From positions 32,001 through 96,000 of IMG/VR virus record IMGVR_UViG_3300014775_002125: DNA of 64,000 nt. One strand, given 5' to 3'. The translations under genes and the position numbers were made by a program. This stretch comes from a virus. The first letter of the stretch is position 1. The number at the start of each line of letters is the position of its first letter. The notes under the pieces are model-generated. The model was not told the DNA's origin, did no database searches, and was given only the letters and a program-made list of their open reading frames with translations. Positions 30,698 through 40,080 of this stretch are shown here, piece after piece.

Positions 30698-33600
30698 AAC
30701 TAAAAGAATTAAAAGACTCAATGAGACCGCTACTAAGCACCTCTCCGAGCATTATCTTAAACTAGGGAACAACGAACAAGTCAAAGAAGCGTTCCTAAGC
30801 CTAAGAGAAAGCCGAGAATCGTCCACAAAGATTGCAAAAATCCTCGCAGAAGGTTATAAACACGTACCAGAAGGCCAAAAGAAAGAAGTCTCCGAGTTTC
30901 TTCTACAGTTCTCTAAGTCCCTCATCATCGAAGAAGCCTGCCTAGAGCACATCTCCGAGGACTATGAAGGGAACGAAAAAGGGCTCAAGGTCATCAATGA
31001 GAGTCTAAAAGAAAACCAAGAGACCCAAGAGCTACTTTTTGAGAGCTTTAAGGGAATTATGGACAAAGTTAGGGATGCTTTTAGTTCTTACAGTACTAAG
31101 GGTTTCAAACAAAGAGAAGAGGAAGAACCAGAAGAAGTAGCGGCAGGTGTTGAAGGTCAGGGAGGGCAGAATCAGGTCGTCTTGCCTGCTTTCAGATACA
31201 AAACGGACCTTGTGAAACTCGTTAAGATTGCTCAGAAGTTTGCTAGTCAATTAAAAAAGGTTGTAGGGTCAGAAGATTTTCTAAACAAACAAATCACTAT
31301 CCAAGAAGACGAAGGCGAATTGATTAGCATTTCTCCTAATAAAGCTAAGGATAGCTTGATCTCACTCTTAACGGCCCTTGACGGATTTTTAGAGAAAGCT
31401 GGAGTCCAACCAGAAGCTTTTGATGAACCAATTACTGGTTCGATTTCTTATTTTATGGGTGGAGTCGAGAACACTTCAAAGTTTTTCTTAGCAAACTATA
31501 AACCTGAAAAAGGCCTTACTGGTAAAGACGTGAAAGCCCTTAAAGTTCTTTCTAAGTTTCTAACAGGTATTAAGAATTTTCTAGTTGGACAAGAAGTGAA
31601 CAAATTTCGCGGGGTTACAGATGATGAAGTCCTATCTCTCAGTAATAAGCTACTTGAGGCGTTTCAGTATGGTGGCCTTCTACAATTAAAACTCATTCGT
31701 GATATCAATGCTCGCTACCTTGATAGTGATTTTGAAACAAGAAGGAAAGCTTATGAGATCCAGTTTTTTGATAGCAGGAAACCCGGAAGACGAGGACCAG
31801 ACCTTAATAAGACAATGGATTCATTTTCAAGAATGTTCCGTGAATCAAAAGTATCTAAAGTTGCATTTGATCTTTTCAAAAGACTCGCAGAAGTAGAAGG
31901 AAAGGATTCAGAAGTTCAACCTACGCAATCAGGTAAAAGTTTCTATAAAGTAACAGGTGAGCTTTTGAATAAGTTTGAACATCTTTTTGAAGCTTCTAGT
32001 GCTGGTGACAGTTCGAGAGGACTAACATATGAAGTGGTAAAAGATCTTGTACCTTACCTTTTTGAGCTTGATAAATTCTATCAAACAGATGAAAGGGCTC
32101 ATATTAGAGCGTTGGGAAGATCCCGTGAAGAAGTCATCGCTGTCCTTGATGAATTCATGCGTACAGCTAGGAGCGGGGCTTCTAGTGGAAAAGGAGCTAA
32201 AGATCTAGGAGCTAGTGAAAAAGAGACTAAAGATCTAGCAGCTAGTGGAAAAGAGGGAGGGGATACAGAAGAAGAACAAGTAGCAGCATTCTTAAAAGAT
32301 CTCCGAGTCGTTACCAAAAATGACAAAGAATTAACAGGAGCGATCAATAGGGTATTGGCTGCATTTAAGAATGCAGGAGTTTCGCCAGACAAAGCAGAAA
32401 GCGCACCTCCCAATATGCAAGTTGTCAGGGAAGTCATCGAAAAATTGACAGAAACCGACCCGGGCCTTGGAGTACTTGAAGGGCAGCTAGAGCCACTATT
32501 TATTTATCTAAGTAATTTTGATGACAGTCAGGATGCTGATAGAACAGTGATTGATGCCGCAACAATTAGGAGTCAAGCGCCAAAAGCACCAGCAACGCCA
32601 GAAGCGACATCAGACACTGTAGTAACTCCTGCGCTAGACCAAGAAGAGCCTGAAAAAACAGTTATAACTCCTGCGCTAGACCAAGAAGAGCCTGAAAAAA
32701 CAGTTATAACTCCTGCGTTTAATAAGCTCAAAAACTATAAGTTCAAAAAGATCGAAAATTTCCCAGAGTTAAAGTTCGCTATTCAAGAGTTTTCAAAAAT
32801 ATTTGACTCAAAAGACTTTAGAGATGTTTTTCGACACCTTGCTGCCAACGAAAAGGCACTTAAAAAAGCTGGTGCAATCAAGGACTTACAAACACTTAAT
32901 GAGTTTGTTACTTTAAAAATGAACGCTGAAGAGTTGATGAGTAATCTTGACTCTTTGTATGCAATTGCGGTTTGGAATGACCTTGGCGGTGAATTCCCGA
33001 AATCTCTAGAAAAACTTGCTGATAGTCTGACAAAGACAGAAGAACTCTACAGAACCAAAATCCGACCAATGTTATATTCTAATGCGTCGTCTGGAATTAA
33101 AGATGTGTTTAAAGACCTTGGAGCGAAAAAGCCAGCGGGATTGAAAGCAGCTGATAGATTACGAAAGAGGAAAAAGAGTAAAAAACCAAGTATAGATTTG
33201 AAGAGAATCAGTGCAAGAATTAGTCAAGCATTAAAGAAAGGAGAGCTTCAACAATTACCTCCAGTTGTCGTACAGAATTTGGAAAGTGCTGTAGAGAAAG
33301 TGGAGAAACTAGAAGACGATGGCCCTGTAGAAAACGTGGGACCTGCTGCCAAAGAGCTTACTCAAAGTGTAGCTGCTGTTGTGAATCAGCCAGAATTCAA
33401 AGAATTATCAGATGAAACACAAAGTGAGTGGAGAATAATAGGCCAATTTTCCATTGGTGGTTCGTCACAAGAAGAGGAACCAGAAGCAGAGGAAACACCA
33501 ACACCTTCCACAAAAGTTAGTAGAGAGCAAGTAGCAGACAAGATAGACAATGTGAAGCAAGAAATAAAGCAAAGTATGGAAAGCCCTGAATTTGAGAAAC

Positions 33601-35237
33601 TACCCGAAGAGGATAAAAAAGAATGGAAAGAATTGTCTTTTGATATTGACGCTATAAAAAAATTGGCTAACAGAGACGCCTTTGTAGACGCAGTTAGTAG
33701 GTTTAGAAAACAATTGGACGACTACAATGATTTTATGGAGAAAAATCCTGAGATGCGGGACGAGGAGCTTGAAAGAAAATTTGAAATAGCAAGTCAATAC
33801 ATATTTGCAATAGCGGGAGGAGAGGTACCACCAGCAGCAGAGGAAACACCAGAAGCAGCAGAGACACCAGAAGCAGCAGAGACACCAGAAGCAGCAGAGA
33901 CACCAGAAGCAGCAGAGACACCTGTTAAGAAAAAGAAAAAAAAGAAAGAAGAGATTCCAGCAGCAGCAAGCGAGCAAAGCGATGGTTTACTCAAGGAAAT
34001 TGAAGGTAAACTTAAAGAAAATGAATCAAAAATTAATGTTCGAGAGAAAAAAGAAGAGTTATTAGATGAACTAGGAGGCGATATTGACAGAAAGAATGTT
34101 GCAAATTCCATTGAAATGATAAAAGATGTGGCTAGTTTTGATTCTAATGTAAAAGGAGAACAGGCGGAATACATTGAGGCATTATACAAAGTGCTTGCCA
34201 AAGAAGCTAATACAACTTTAATTGCTACAGACTTCAAAGATGAACAGGCCGACACTGCCGTTTTTAGCTTGGGAGTTGGAGTAGATTTATTAAAGTTAAT
34301 TGATCCACTAAAAGGTAGAGAAGCCGAAAAACTTTTGAGTTACTATGATGAAAGAACAAAAGAACTTGGATTCGAAGATAAAGGAACTTATGGAGATTTC
34401 AAGGAAAAACTAAAGAGCGCTCCCCCAAGAGGGGAAGCAGCAGCAGAAGCAGAAAAGAAAAAACAAGAGGAAGAAGAAGAAGCAGAAAAGAAAAAACAAG
34501 AGGAAGAAGAAAAAAACAAGAGGAAGCATCTTTTGAGGATGGCTAGTGCGAGGAAGAAGAGAAGAGATGGTGAGGCAGCGGAAGCAGCGGAAGCAGCAGC
34601 GACAGGGGAAGAGGTAGAGGATGAGGTAGAGGATAAAGCAACAGATAAAGCAGCACCAGAAGCGGAAGCAACTAAAGAAGAACCTGTGACAACTGAAGGT
34701 GTAGCTAATAAAAAACTGTTTGATCAAGGAGTTGCAGAACGGTACAGGGCGGGCGTTACACAATCATCAGAAAGAGCTTTCAATAAATTGATGAAGAAAG
34801 AGGTCGCGGAAAACGAAGCAATGGAGGCAGCTCTATCTTTTATGAAACAACATAGACTGTTCTTTGATGGACTCAACAGTGATAGAGTCAACAGCAGAAC
34901 AAAGTTAACAAGAGAACCAACAAGCAAAGAAGAAAAAGCATACGTAACGTACATTAAGGGTATTTATGATTACTTGATTCAACGTGGTGTCAAAAAAGAA
35001 AAAGTCAATGCTGTTCTGTCTTTTGCACACAAAACATTTAAAGATGTCAAAGAAAAATCCAAAAATGGAAAATTAAAGACAATGAGCAAAGACGATGAAA
35101 CTTTCAAAAATAGTGAGATAAAAAAACCAAGTGGGACTGCTGGCTTCTTTAAAAATAGAACTCTAGAAGAGGACGAAGAAGTACAAGAGCAACTAAGAGA
35201 ATACAAAGAGTTCTTAAAAAACTCTAAATTACTTTAA
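30681..35237 (+). CDS. Large acidic, repeat-rich protein (1518 aa); putative internal head protein
   Basis: Dense [LI]-x-E sites at both termini, internal tandem repeats, and a position just upstream of the head module. Confidence 0.6.
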   Translation: MNLKIETKRIKRLNETATKHLSEHYLKLGNNEQVKEAFLSLRESRESSTKIAKILAEGYKHVPEGQKKEVSEFLLQFSKSLIIEEACLEHISEDYEGNEKGLKVINESLKENQETQELLFESFKGIMDKVRDAFSSYSTKGFKQREEEEPEEVAAGVEGQGGQNQVVLPAFRYKTDLVKLVKIAQKFASQLKKVVGSEDFLNKQITIQEDEGELISISPNKAKDSLISLLTALDGFLEKAGVQPEAFDEPITGSISYFMGGVENTSKFFLANYKPEKGLTGKDVKALKVLSKFLTGIKNFLVGQEVNKFRGVTDDEVLSLSNKLLEAFQYGGLLQLKLIRDINARYLDSDFETRRKAYEIQFFDSRKPGRRGPDLNKTMDSFSRMFRESKVSKVAFDLFKRLAEVEGKDSEVQPTQSGKSFYKVTGELLNKFEHLFEASSAGDSSRGLTYEVVKDLVPYLFELDKFYQTDERAHIRALGRSREEVIAVLDEFMRTARSGASSGKGAKDLGASEKETKDLAASGKEGGDTEEEQVAAFLKDLRVVTKNDKELTGAINRVLAAFKNAGVSPDKAESAPPNMQVVREVIEKLTETDPGLGVLEGQLEPLFIYLSNFDDSQDADRTVIDAATIRSQAPKAPATPEATSDTVVTPALDQEEPEKTVITPALDQEEPEKTVITPAFNKLKNYKFKKIENFPELKFAIQEFSKIFDSKDFRDVFRHLAANEKALKKAGAIKDLQTLNEFVTLKMNAEELMSNLDSLYAIAVWNDLGGEFPKSLEKLADSLTKTEELYRTKIRPMLYSNASSGIKDVFKDLGAKKPAGLKAADRLRKRKKSKKPSIDLKRISARISQALKKGELQQLPPVVVQNLESAVEKVEKLEDDGPVENVGPAAKELTQSVAAVVNQPEFKELSDETQSEWRIIGQFSIGGSSQEEEPEAEETPTPSTKVSREQVADKIDNVKQEIKQSMESPEFEKLPEEDKKEWKELSFDIDAIKKLANRDAFVDAVSRFRKQLDDYNDFMEKNPEMRDEELERKFEIASQYIFAIAGGEVPPAAEETPEAAETPEAAETPEAAETPEAAETPVKKKKKKKEEIPAAASEQSDGLLKEIEGKLKENESKINVREKKEELLDELGGDIDRKNVANSIEMIKDVASFDSNVKGEQAEYIEALYKVLAKEANTTLIATDFKDEQADTAVFSLGVGVDLLKLIDPLKGREAEKLLSYYDERTKELGFEDKGTYGDFKEKLKSAPPRGEAAAEAEKKKQEEEEEAEKKKQEEEEKNKRKHLLRMASARKKRRDGEAAEAAEAAATGEEVEDEVEDKATDKAAPEAEATKEEPVTTEGVANKKLFDQGVAERYRAGVTQSSERAFNKLMKKEVAENEAMEAALSFMKQHRLFFDGLNSDRVNSRTKLTREPTSKEEKAYVTYIKGIYDYLIQRGVKKEKVNAVLSFAHKTFKDVKEKSKNGKLKTMSKDDETFKNSEIKKPSGTAGFFKNRTLEEDEEVQEQLREYKEFLKNSKLL
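32623..32717 (+). repeat. 42-bp in-frame tandem repeat (~2.3 copies; TPALDQEEPEKTVI)
   Basis: TAACTCCTGCGCTAGACCAAGAAGAGCCTGAAAAAACAGTTA is repeated. Confidence 0.95.
33846..33922 (+). repeat. 18-bp in-frame tandem repeat x4 (TPEAAE)
   Basis: ACACCAGAAGCAGCAGAG in four copies plus a partial fifth. Confidence 0.95.
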
Positions 35238-35260
35238 AAAAACCTAAAGGACAAAGAAAC

Positions 35261-35662
35261 ATGGAAAGACATAACACAGAAGAAGTACTACAGGCGATTC
35301 AGCATTTCTTTCGGGATTATCCACACAAGGTAAACACGAAAGACCAAGAAAGACCAGTACTAATCGACCAGACAAAAATCGAAGGAGTTCACGCTAGAGT
35401 CCTTGGGAACGTCATGGATGTTACTTATAGCTACTACTGCCGCCTAGAAGACCTCAAAGACAACAACAAGGTCAAGCAGCTACCTTTAGTTATGGACAAG
35501 ATTCTAAGTGCGCTAAAAAAAGACTTTAAGTCTCGCACAGGTCGCTCATTGGTTTTGAAGCCACTTGGAGATCCGCTAACAGGCGACGTCCAGTACTTGA
35601 ATAACCAGCGAGGAATTGTGAAGATTGTTCAGACCTGCGAAATTAAGAACATGAAACTATGA
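35261..35662 (+). CDS. Hypothetical protein upstream of TerL
   Basis: ORF with an AAGGA Shine-Dalgarno site and an ATGA overlap with TerL. Confidence 0.65.
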   Translation: MERHNTEEVLQAIQHFFRDYPHKVNTKDQERPVLIDQTKIEGVHARVLGNVMDVTYSYYCRLEDLKDNNKVKQLPLVMDKILSALKKDFKSRTGRSLVLKPLGDPLTGDVQYLNNQRGIVKIVQTCEIKNMKL

Positions 35663-37284
35663 GAAAACGAAGTGCATATAACAACAAGAGAAGGCAAGAA
35701 GAGCTAATTAGATGTGGCTCGGATGTTGTTTATTTCTTGAAGAACTATGCAAAGATTGTAACTCTCAGCGGTGGTACTGTAGACTTCAATCTGTTCCCTT
35801 TTCAGGAAGAACTGTTAGATATTTTCCAGCGGAAGAACCGAACAGTTATCCTGAAGGCAAGGCAGATGGGGATTTCTACAGTCACCGCTGGATATGTTAC
35901 ATGGAAGATCATCTTTGAGGCTAACCAGAGTGTTGTCATTGTAGCGACCGACAGGGAGACTGCAAGAGAACTGATGGATAAAGTCAAGAAGATTCTATTA
36001 GAGCTTCCTGATTGGCTTAAAGATGTTCTAGATATTCGTAAGTGGGTTAAGAACAACGACCGAGAGATTGTTCTGAGAAACGAGTCAAAGATTGTAGCCG
36101 CTGCGAAGGGTGTTGATGCTGTTCGTGGTAAGGCTATTAATCTACTTGTTATTGACGAAGCTGCCTTTATTGCTAACTCGGATAAGGTCTGGACAACCGC
36201 TCAACCTACTCTTTCTACTGGTGGGGATTGTATCGTACTGTCAACTCCTAATGGTGTCGGTGGTTGGTTCTATGACACTTATCAGGGAGCAGCTTTAGGC
36301 CCACAACACCCTGATGGTAACAACTTTGAGCCTTATGAGTTGTTATGGGACAAGCACCCGGATCGCGATGAGTCTTGGTACGATGAGACTATGAAATCGC
36401 TAAACAATGACACTAAGAAGTTTGCTCAGGAATTTGGATGTTCCTTTGAGGCTTCTGGTGACACTGTTATAGCCGGAGAGATCATCAAGAGTATTAAGAA
36501 TGAGACTGTAGTGCCACCCATGGCTAAGAGAGGGTTTGACGGTAACTTTTGGGTCTGGAAGGATTACGATGTCAGGAAAGATTATCTAATTGTTGCTGAT
36601 GTTGCTCGTGGTGATGGTGAGGATTTTTCAGCGGCATGGGTAGTAGATTTAAGTAACTTTGAGCAGGTTGCAAGTTACAAAGGGCAGGTAGGTACTGATG
36701 GCTTTGCTGATTTCTTAGAGCAGATAGGTTATGAGTACGGTGAGTGTCCATTGGTTGTTGAAAATACTGGTATTGGATTTGCAGTGATTCAAGACTTGCG
36801 TAAAAAAGGCTACCCAAACCTCTGGTATACTGAAAAAGGTTCACATAAACGAGTAGAGTCTTGGAAAGCTGAGAGAATGGTTAATGGTCGCAGTGAGGTT
36901 AAAGCTGGGATTGTTGCAGGTATTACAGCTTCCGTTAAGACCCGTCCAATTTTCGTAGACAAACTTATTCAATATCTCAATGGCAGAAAAGTTACTATTA
37001 GGGACATGAGGGTCGTTGAGGAATTACAGACTTATATATGGCTCAGAGGAAAACCATCAGCCCAGAAAGGAAAAAACGACGACCTTGTTAGCTCTTTAAG
37101 TATTTTGTGTTGGATTCTTGACGAAAACTTTAAGGTTAATGAGAGTAGTGTTGATACCTATATAGGGATGCTAAAGGGGATTAAAAAAACAAAACCCACC
37201 AAAGTTGTCAGGTCCCAGAAGCAACTTGAAAAAACTGACAGTGAAAAAAGAAACTTCTCATATTTGGGTATTTACAGAGGCTAG
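35659..37284 (+). CDS. terL: Terminase large subunit (T4 gp17-like)
   Basis: LFPFQ Q-motif, KARQMGIST Walker A, LLVIDEAAF Walker B, STPNG, and nuclease motifs ADVARG..DFSA and NDDLV. Confidence 0.97.
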   Translation: MRKRSAYNNKRRQEELIRCGSDVVYFLKNYAKIVTLSGGTVDFNLFPFQEELLDIFQRKNRTVILKARQMGISTVTAGYVTWKIIFEANQSVVIVATDRETARELMDKVKKILLELPDWLKDVLDIRKWVKNNDREIVLRNESKIVAAAKGVDAVRGKAINLLVIDEAAFIANSDKVWTTAQPTLSTGGDCIVLSTPNGVGGWFYDTYQGAALGPQHPDGNNFEPYELLWDKHPDRDESWYDETMKSLNNDTKKFAQEFGCSFEASGDTVIAGEIIKSIKNETVVPPMAKRGFDGNFWVWKDYDVRKDYLIVADVARGDGEDFSAAWVVDLSNFEQVASYKGQVGTDGFADFLEQIGYEYGECPLVVENTGIGFAVIQDLRKKGYPNLWYTEKGSHKRVESWKAERMVNGRSEVKAGIVAGITASVKTRPIFVDKLIQYLNGRKVTIRDMRVVEELQTYIWLRGKPSAQKGKNDDLVSSLSILCWILDENFKVNESSVDTYIGMLKGIKKTKPTKVVRSQKQLEKTDSEKRNFSYLGIYRG

Positions 37285-37288
37285 ATGA

Positions 37289-39322
37289 ATGAATGAACCT
37301 ATCTCAACTACAGACAAGATTTATCAGCAGCTTACTAGATTGTTTTCTGGTGGGCTGAATCTGTTAAATCGCCAAGGATACCACAACCAGCGAAGACAAG
37401 ATCTAGATAAATACAGGAAAAAATATAAAGCAACAGACGGAAAACAGTACAAGTCTTATCGCTCTCCTATCTCTAAGCAGTGGCTAAACTATCAGCGGGA
37501 ACAAGACAGGGCTGCTAGATACGGTGATTTTGATCGTATGGACTTCTACCCAGAAATCCATAAGGCACTGGACATCTATGCTGGGGAAATGACCACTGCT
37601 ACGAGACTCAAACCTATCCTAGAGATTCGCTGTCAAAACGAAGAGATTAAATCAGCACTACACGACCTTTTCTTTAACATTCTCAGCCTCGAACATAACC
37701 TATTTCCTTGGTGTCGTACTATGTGTAAATATGGGGACTTCATGGGTTACATTGAGACTGATCTAGATCTTGGAGTCACTGGCCTTATCCAGCTTCCTAA
37801 CAGAGAAGTCGAGAGAATGGAAGGTGAGGACGAAAGCAATAGTAACTACGTACAGTATCAGTGGAATGGTGGCGGGTTAACCCTAGAGAAGTGGCAGGTG
37901 TTACATTTTCGGAACCTAGCCAGTGACAAACACTCTCCTTATGGGACCAGTGTGCTTGATGGTGTTCGTCAGATCTTTCGGCAGTTAGTCTTGCTCGAAG
38001 AAGCTATGATGACTTACAGGGTTGTTCGTTCCCCTGAGCGTCGTCTGTTTAAGATTGATGTAGGCAACATTCCTGATGACCAGATTGAACAGTACATGGA
38101 AGAGGTCATCACAAGCCTAAAGCGCAACCAGATCATTGATAGTGACACTGGACGGGTTGACCTACGTTACAACCCACTAAGCGCAGAAGAAGATATCTAT
38201 TTGCCCACCAGAGAAGGTTCACAGACTGAAGTTACAACCCTAGAGGGCGGTCAGTTTACTGGTGTTACAGATGATGTTGAGTACATTCTTGGCAAGCTAA
38301 TGATGGGTATTGGGATTCCCGGAGCTTACCTACAACAAAAACAAGAGCTAGGTACTGATAAAGTTGCTCTGACTCAGAAAGATATTGAGTTTGCAAAGCA
38401 CATTCAGAGACTACAGAGGCCAATCATTGAAGGTTTAAAAAACATTGCAATTACCCACTTGTACATTCTAGGCTATGAGGGCGAGGACCTAACGAACTTT
38501 GAGCTTTATCTTAATAACCCCTCAAAGATTGCTGAACTACAAGAGCTAGAGCACCTACGAACAAAGATGGATGTTGCTTCTAGTGCTTCTGATGCTCTTT
38601 TTCCCAAGAAGTGGATCTACAGGAACATCTTTGGGATGGCTGAAGAGGAAATTATCAGACATACTCTTGGTAGATTCCATGACCGTAAAGTTGACCTTGC
38701 TCTAGAAGCTATTGATGGTGAAGGAGAAGACCTAGAAAGCATGGGTGCTGACAGTTTAGGTATGGGCGGTGACTTAGGTGGAGGAATGGGTGATGCTGGT
38801 GGTGATTTAGGAGATTTAGGAGATCTAGGTGACATTGCTGGCGGTGAAGAAGGTGGAGAGCCTATGGACACTGGTGATGCTGGTGGTGATGCTGGTGGTG
38901 ATACTGGTGGTGATACTGGTGGTGGCGACGAAGGAGGTCTCTTAGTCACTCCCGGTAAACGCCTTGAAAGGAAAGACTACAAATACACCAGAAAAGACGG
39001 GATGACAACGACCACTAAATCAAAGGGTAAATTCTATAAGCCAGTAGGAAAAGGTCAAGACAAAAGACAACACCTAATTCCTCAGAGAAAAGCTAACAAG
39101 CAATCTTACGGACACTATGCTTATGTAAGTCCGTCAAGAACCAACGTAATGAACTCTCTCCCAAGCGTTAAACATTCTCTACAAGGTGTTAAACCAGAGG
39201 GTGCCCTAAAAATAAGCATCAAAGAACAGGTTGAGAACTCTATTTATAACGAAGAAATTTTAAAAGAAAACCTTGAACTTGATGAGTTCCTTAAAGAAAT
39301 TGAGAGAGTGATTGAAAAATGA
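37289..39322 (+). CDS. gp20: Portal protein (T4 gp20-like) with a Gly/Asp-rich C-terminal extension
   Basis: YRVVRSPERRLFKIDVGNIP, EDIYLPTREG and VTTLEGG motifs; follows TerL. Confidence 0.95.
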   Translation: MNEPISTTDKIYQQLTRLFSGGLNLLNRQGYHNQRRQDLDKYRKKYKATDGKQYKSYRSPISKQWLNYQREQDRAARYGDFDRMDFYPEIHKALDIYAGEMTTATRLKPILEIRCQNEEIKSALHDLFFNILSLEHNLFPWCRTMCKYGDFMGYIETDLDLGVTGLIQLPNREVERMEGEDESNSNYVQYQWNGGGLTLEKWQVLHFRNLASDKHSPYGTSVLDGVRQIFRQLVLLEEAMMTYRVVRSPERRLFKIDVGNIPDDQIEQYMEEVITSLKRNQIIDSDTGRVDLRYNPLSAEEDIYLPTREGSQTEVTTLEGGQFTGVTDDVEYILGKLMMGIGIPGAYLQQKQELGTDKVALTQKDIEFAKHIQRLQRPIIEGLKNIAITHLYILGYEGEDLTNFELYLNNPSKIAELQELEHLRTKMDVASSASDALFPKKWIYRNIFGMAEEEIIRHTLGRFHDRKVDLALEAIDGEGEDLESMGADSLGMGGDLGGGMGDAGGDLGDLGDLGDIAGGEEGGEPMDTGDAGGDAGGDTGGDTGGGDEGGLLVTPGKRLERKDYKYTRKDGMTTTTKSKGKFYKPVGKGQDKRQHLIPQRKANKQSYGHYAYVSPSRTNVMNSLPSVKHSLQGVKPEGALKISIKEQVENSIYNEEILKENLELDEFLKEIERVIEK

Positions 39323-40080
39323 GTAAAAAGAGAAACACATACTTCCTTCATAAAATCCTAGTAGAAGAAATCACTAGGCAGATGGTCTCTAAGGGTGCTC
39401 CAGAGGTTATCGAAGAGTTATACAAAGAAAGCTTCAAGAAAGGCTCAGAGGTCGCCAAGGAGCTTTCTCTACTCAAAGAATACTACCAATACACTGCAAA
39501 GACACCAGAAGAGTCTTATAGATTCCTTGTAGAGTTCAAAAAAGAATACAATGAACTAAACAAAGAGAAGATTTACAAAGAACAGACAGAGATCATCAAG
39601 AAAATTAACAAAATCGATCAGTCTATTTTCAGTAACTTTCTCAAGGAATACAGAGTGATTAATAGTCTCAATAGATTCCTTAACGACAAACTAAAGATTT
39701 CTGAGAGATTAAAAACTGAAAACATGCTGATGGAAGGTCTGTTAGAAGGCAAGAAGTCAAAGAAACTAGAGAAAATTGAGAGCATTGAGGCCAAAAAGAA
39801 TGAAGAAGAGTTTGTGGGAAAGTACAGTGAACTCGACGAATCTGTAAGTTGGGTTGTCTCAGAGCTTATTAAATGCCAAACACTTTCAGAGACTTCCCAC
39901 TTTTTCGGTGAACTTTCTCAGAAAACTATCCAGATCATTGAGTCCAAAAAAGACCACTGTGAAGGAGAATCAAGGGAAGTTTTAGAACAAGCCCTAGTAT
40001 ACATCAAAGAAAACAACAAGTACTCAGAAGAAAACCTACAAAACGTTATTAGTATCTACGAGAACTGTGTGTCACTATGA
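39319..40080 (+). CDS. Hypothetical head-module protein
   Basis: Helical charged ORF between the portal and the protease; CTATTTATA motif at 39240. Confidence 0.65.
   Translation: MSKKRNTYFLHKILVEEITRQMVSKGAPEVIEELYKESFKKGSEVAKELSLLKEYYQYTAKTPEESYRFLVEFKKEYNELNKEKIYKEQTEIIKKINKIDQSIFSNFLKEYRVINSLNRFLNDKLKISERLKTENMLMEGLLEGKKSKKLEKIESIEAKKNEEEFVGKYSELDESVSWVVSELIKCQTLSETSHFFGELSQKTIQIIESKKDHCEGESREVLEQALVYIKENNKYSEENLQNVISIYENCVSL

Noticed and set aside
32623-34510. Tandem repeats as a possible CRISPR array
   Set aside because: Units are contiguous with no unique spacers, have lengths divisible by 3, lie in frame within a CDS, and no cas genes are present.
35659-37284. Intein or intron in TerL
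   Set aside because: Length (541 aa) and motif spacing are normal, with no splicing motifs.
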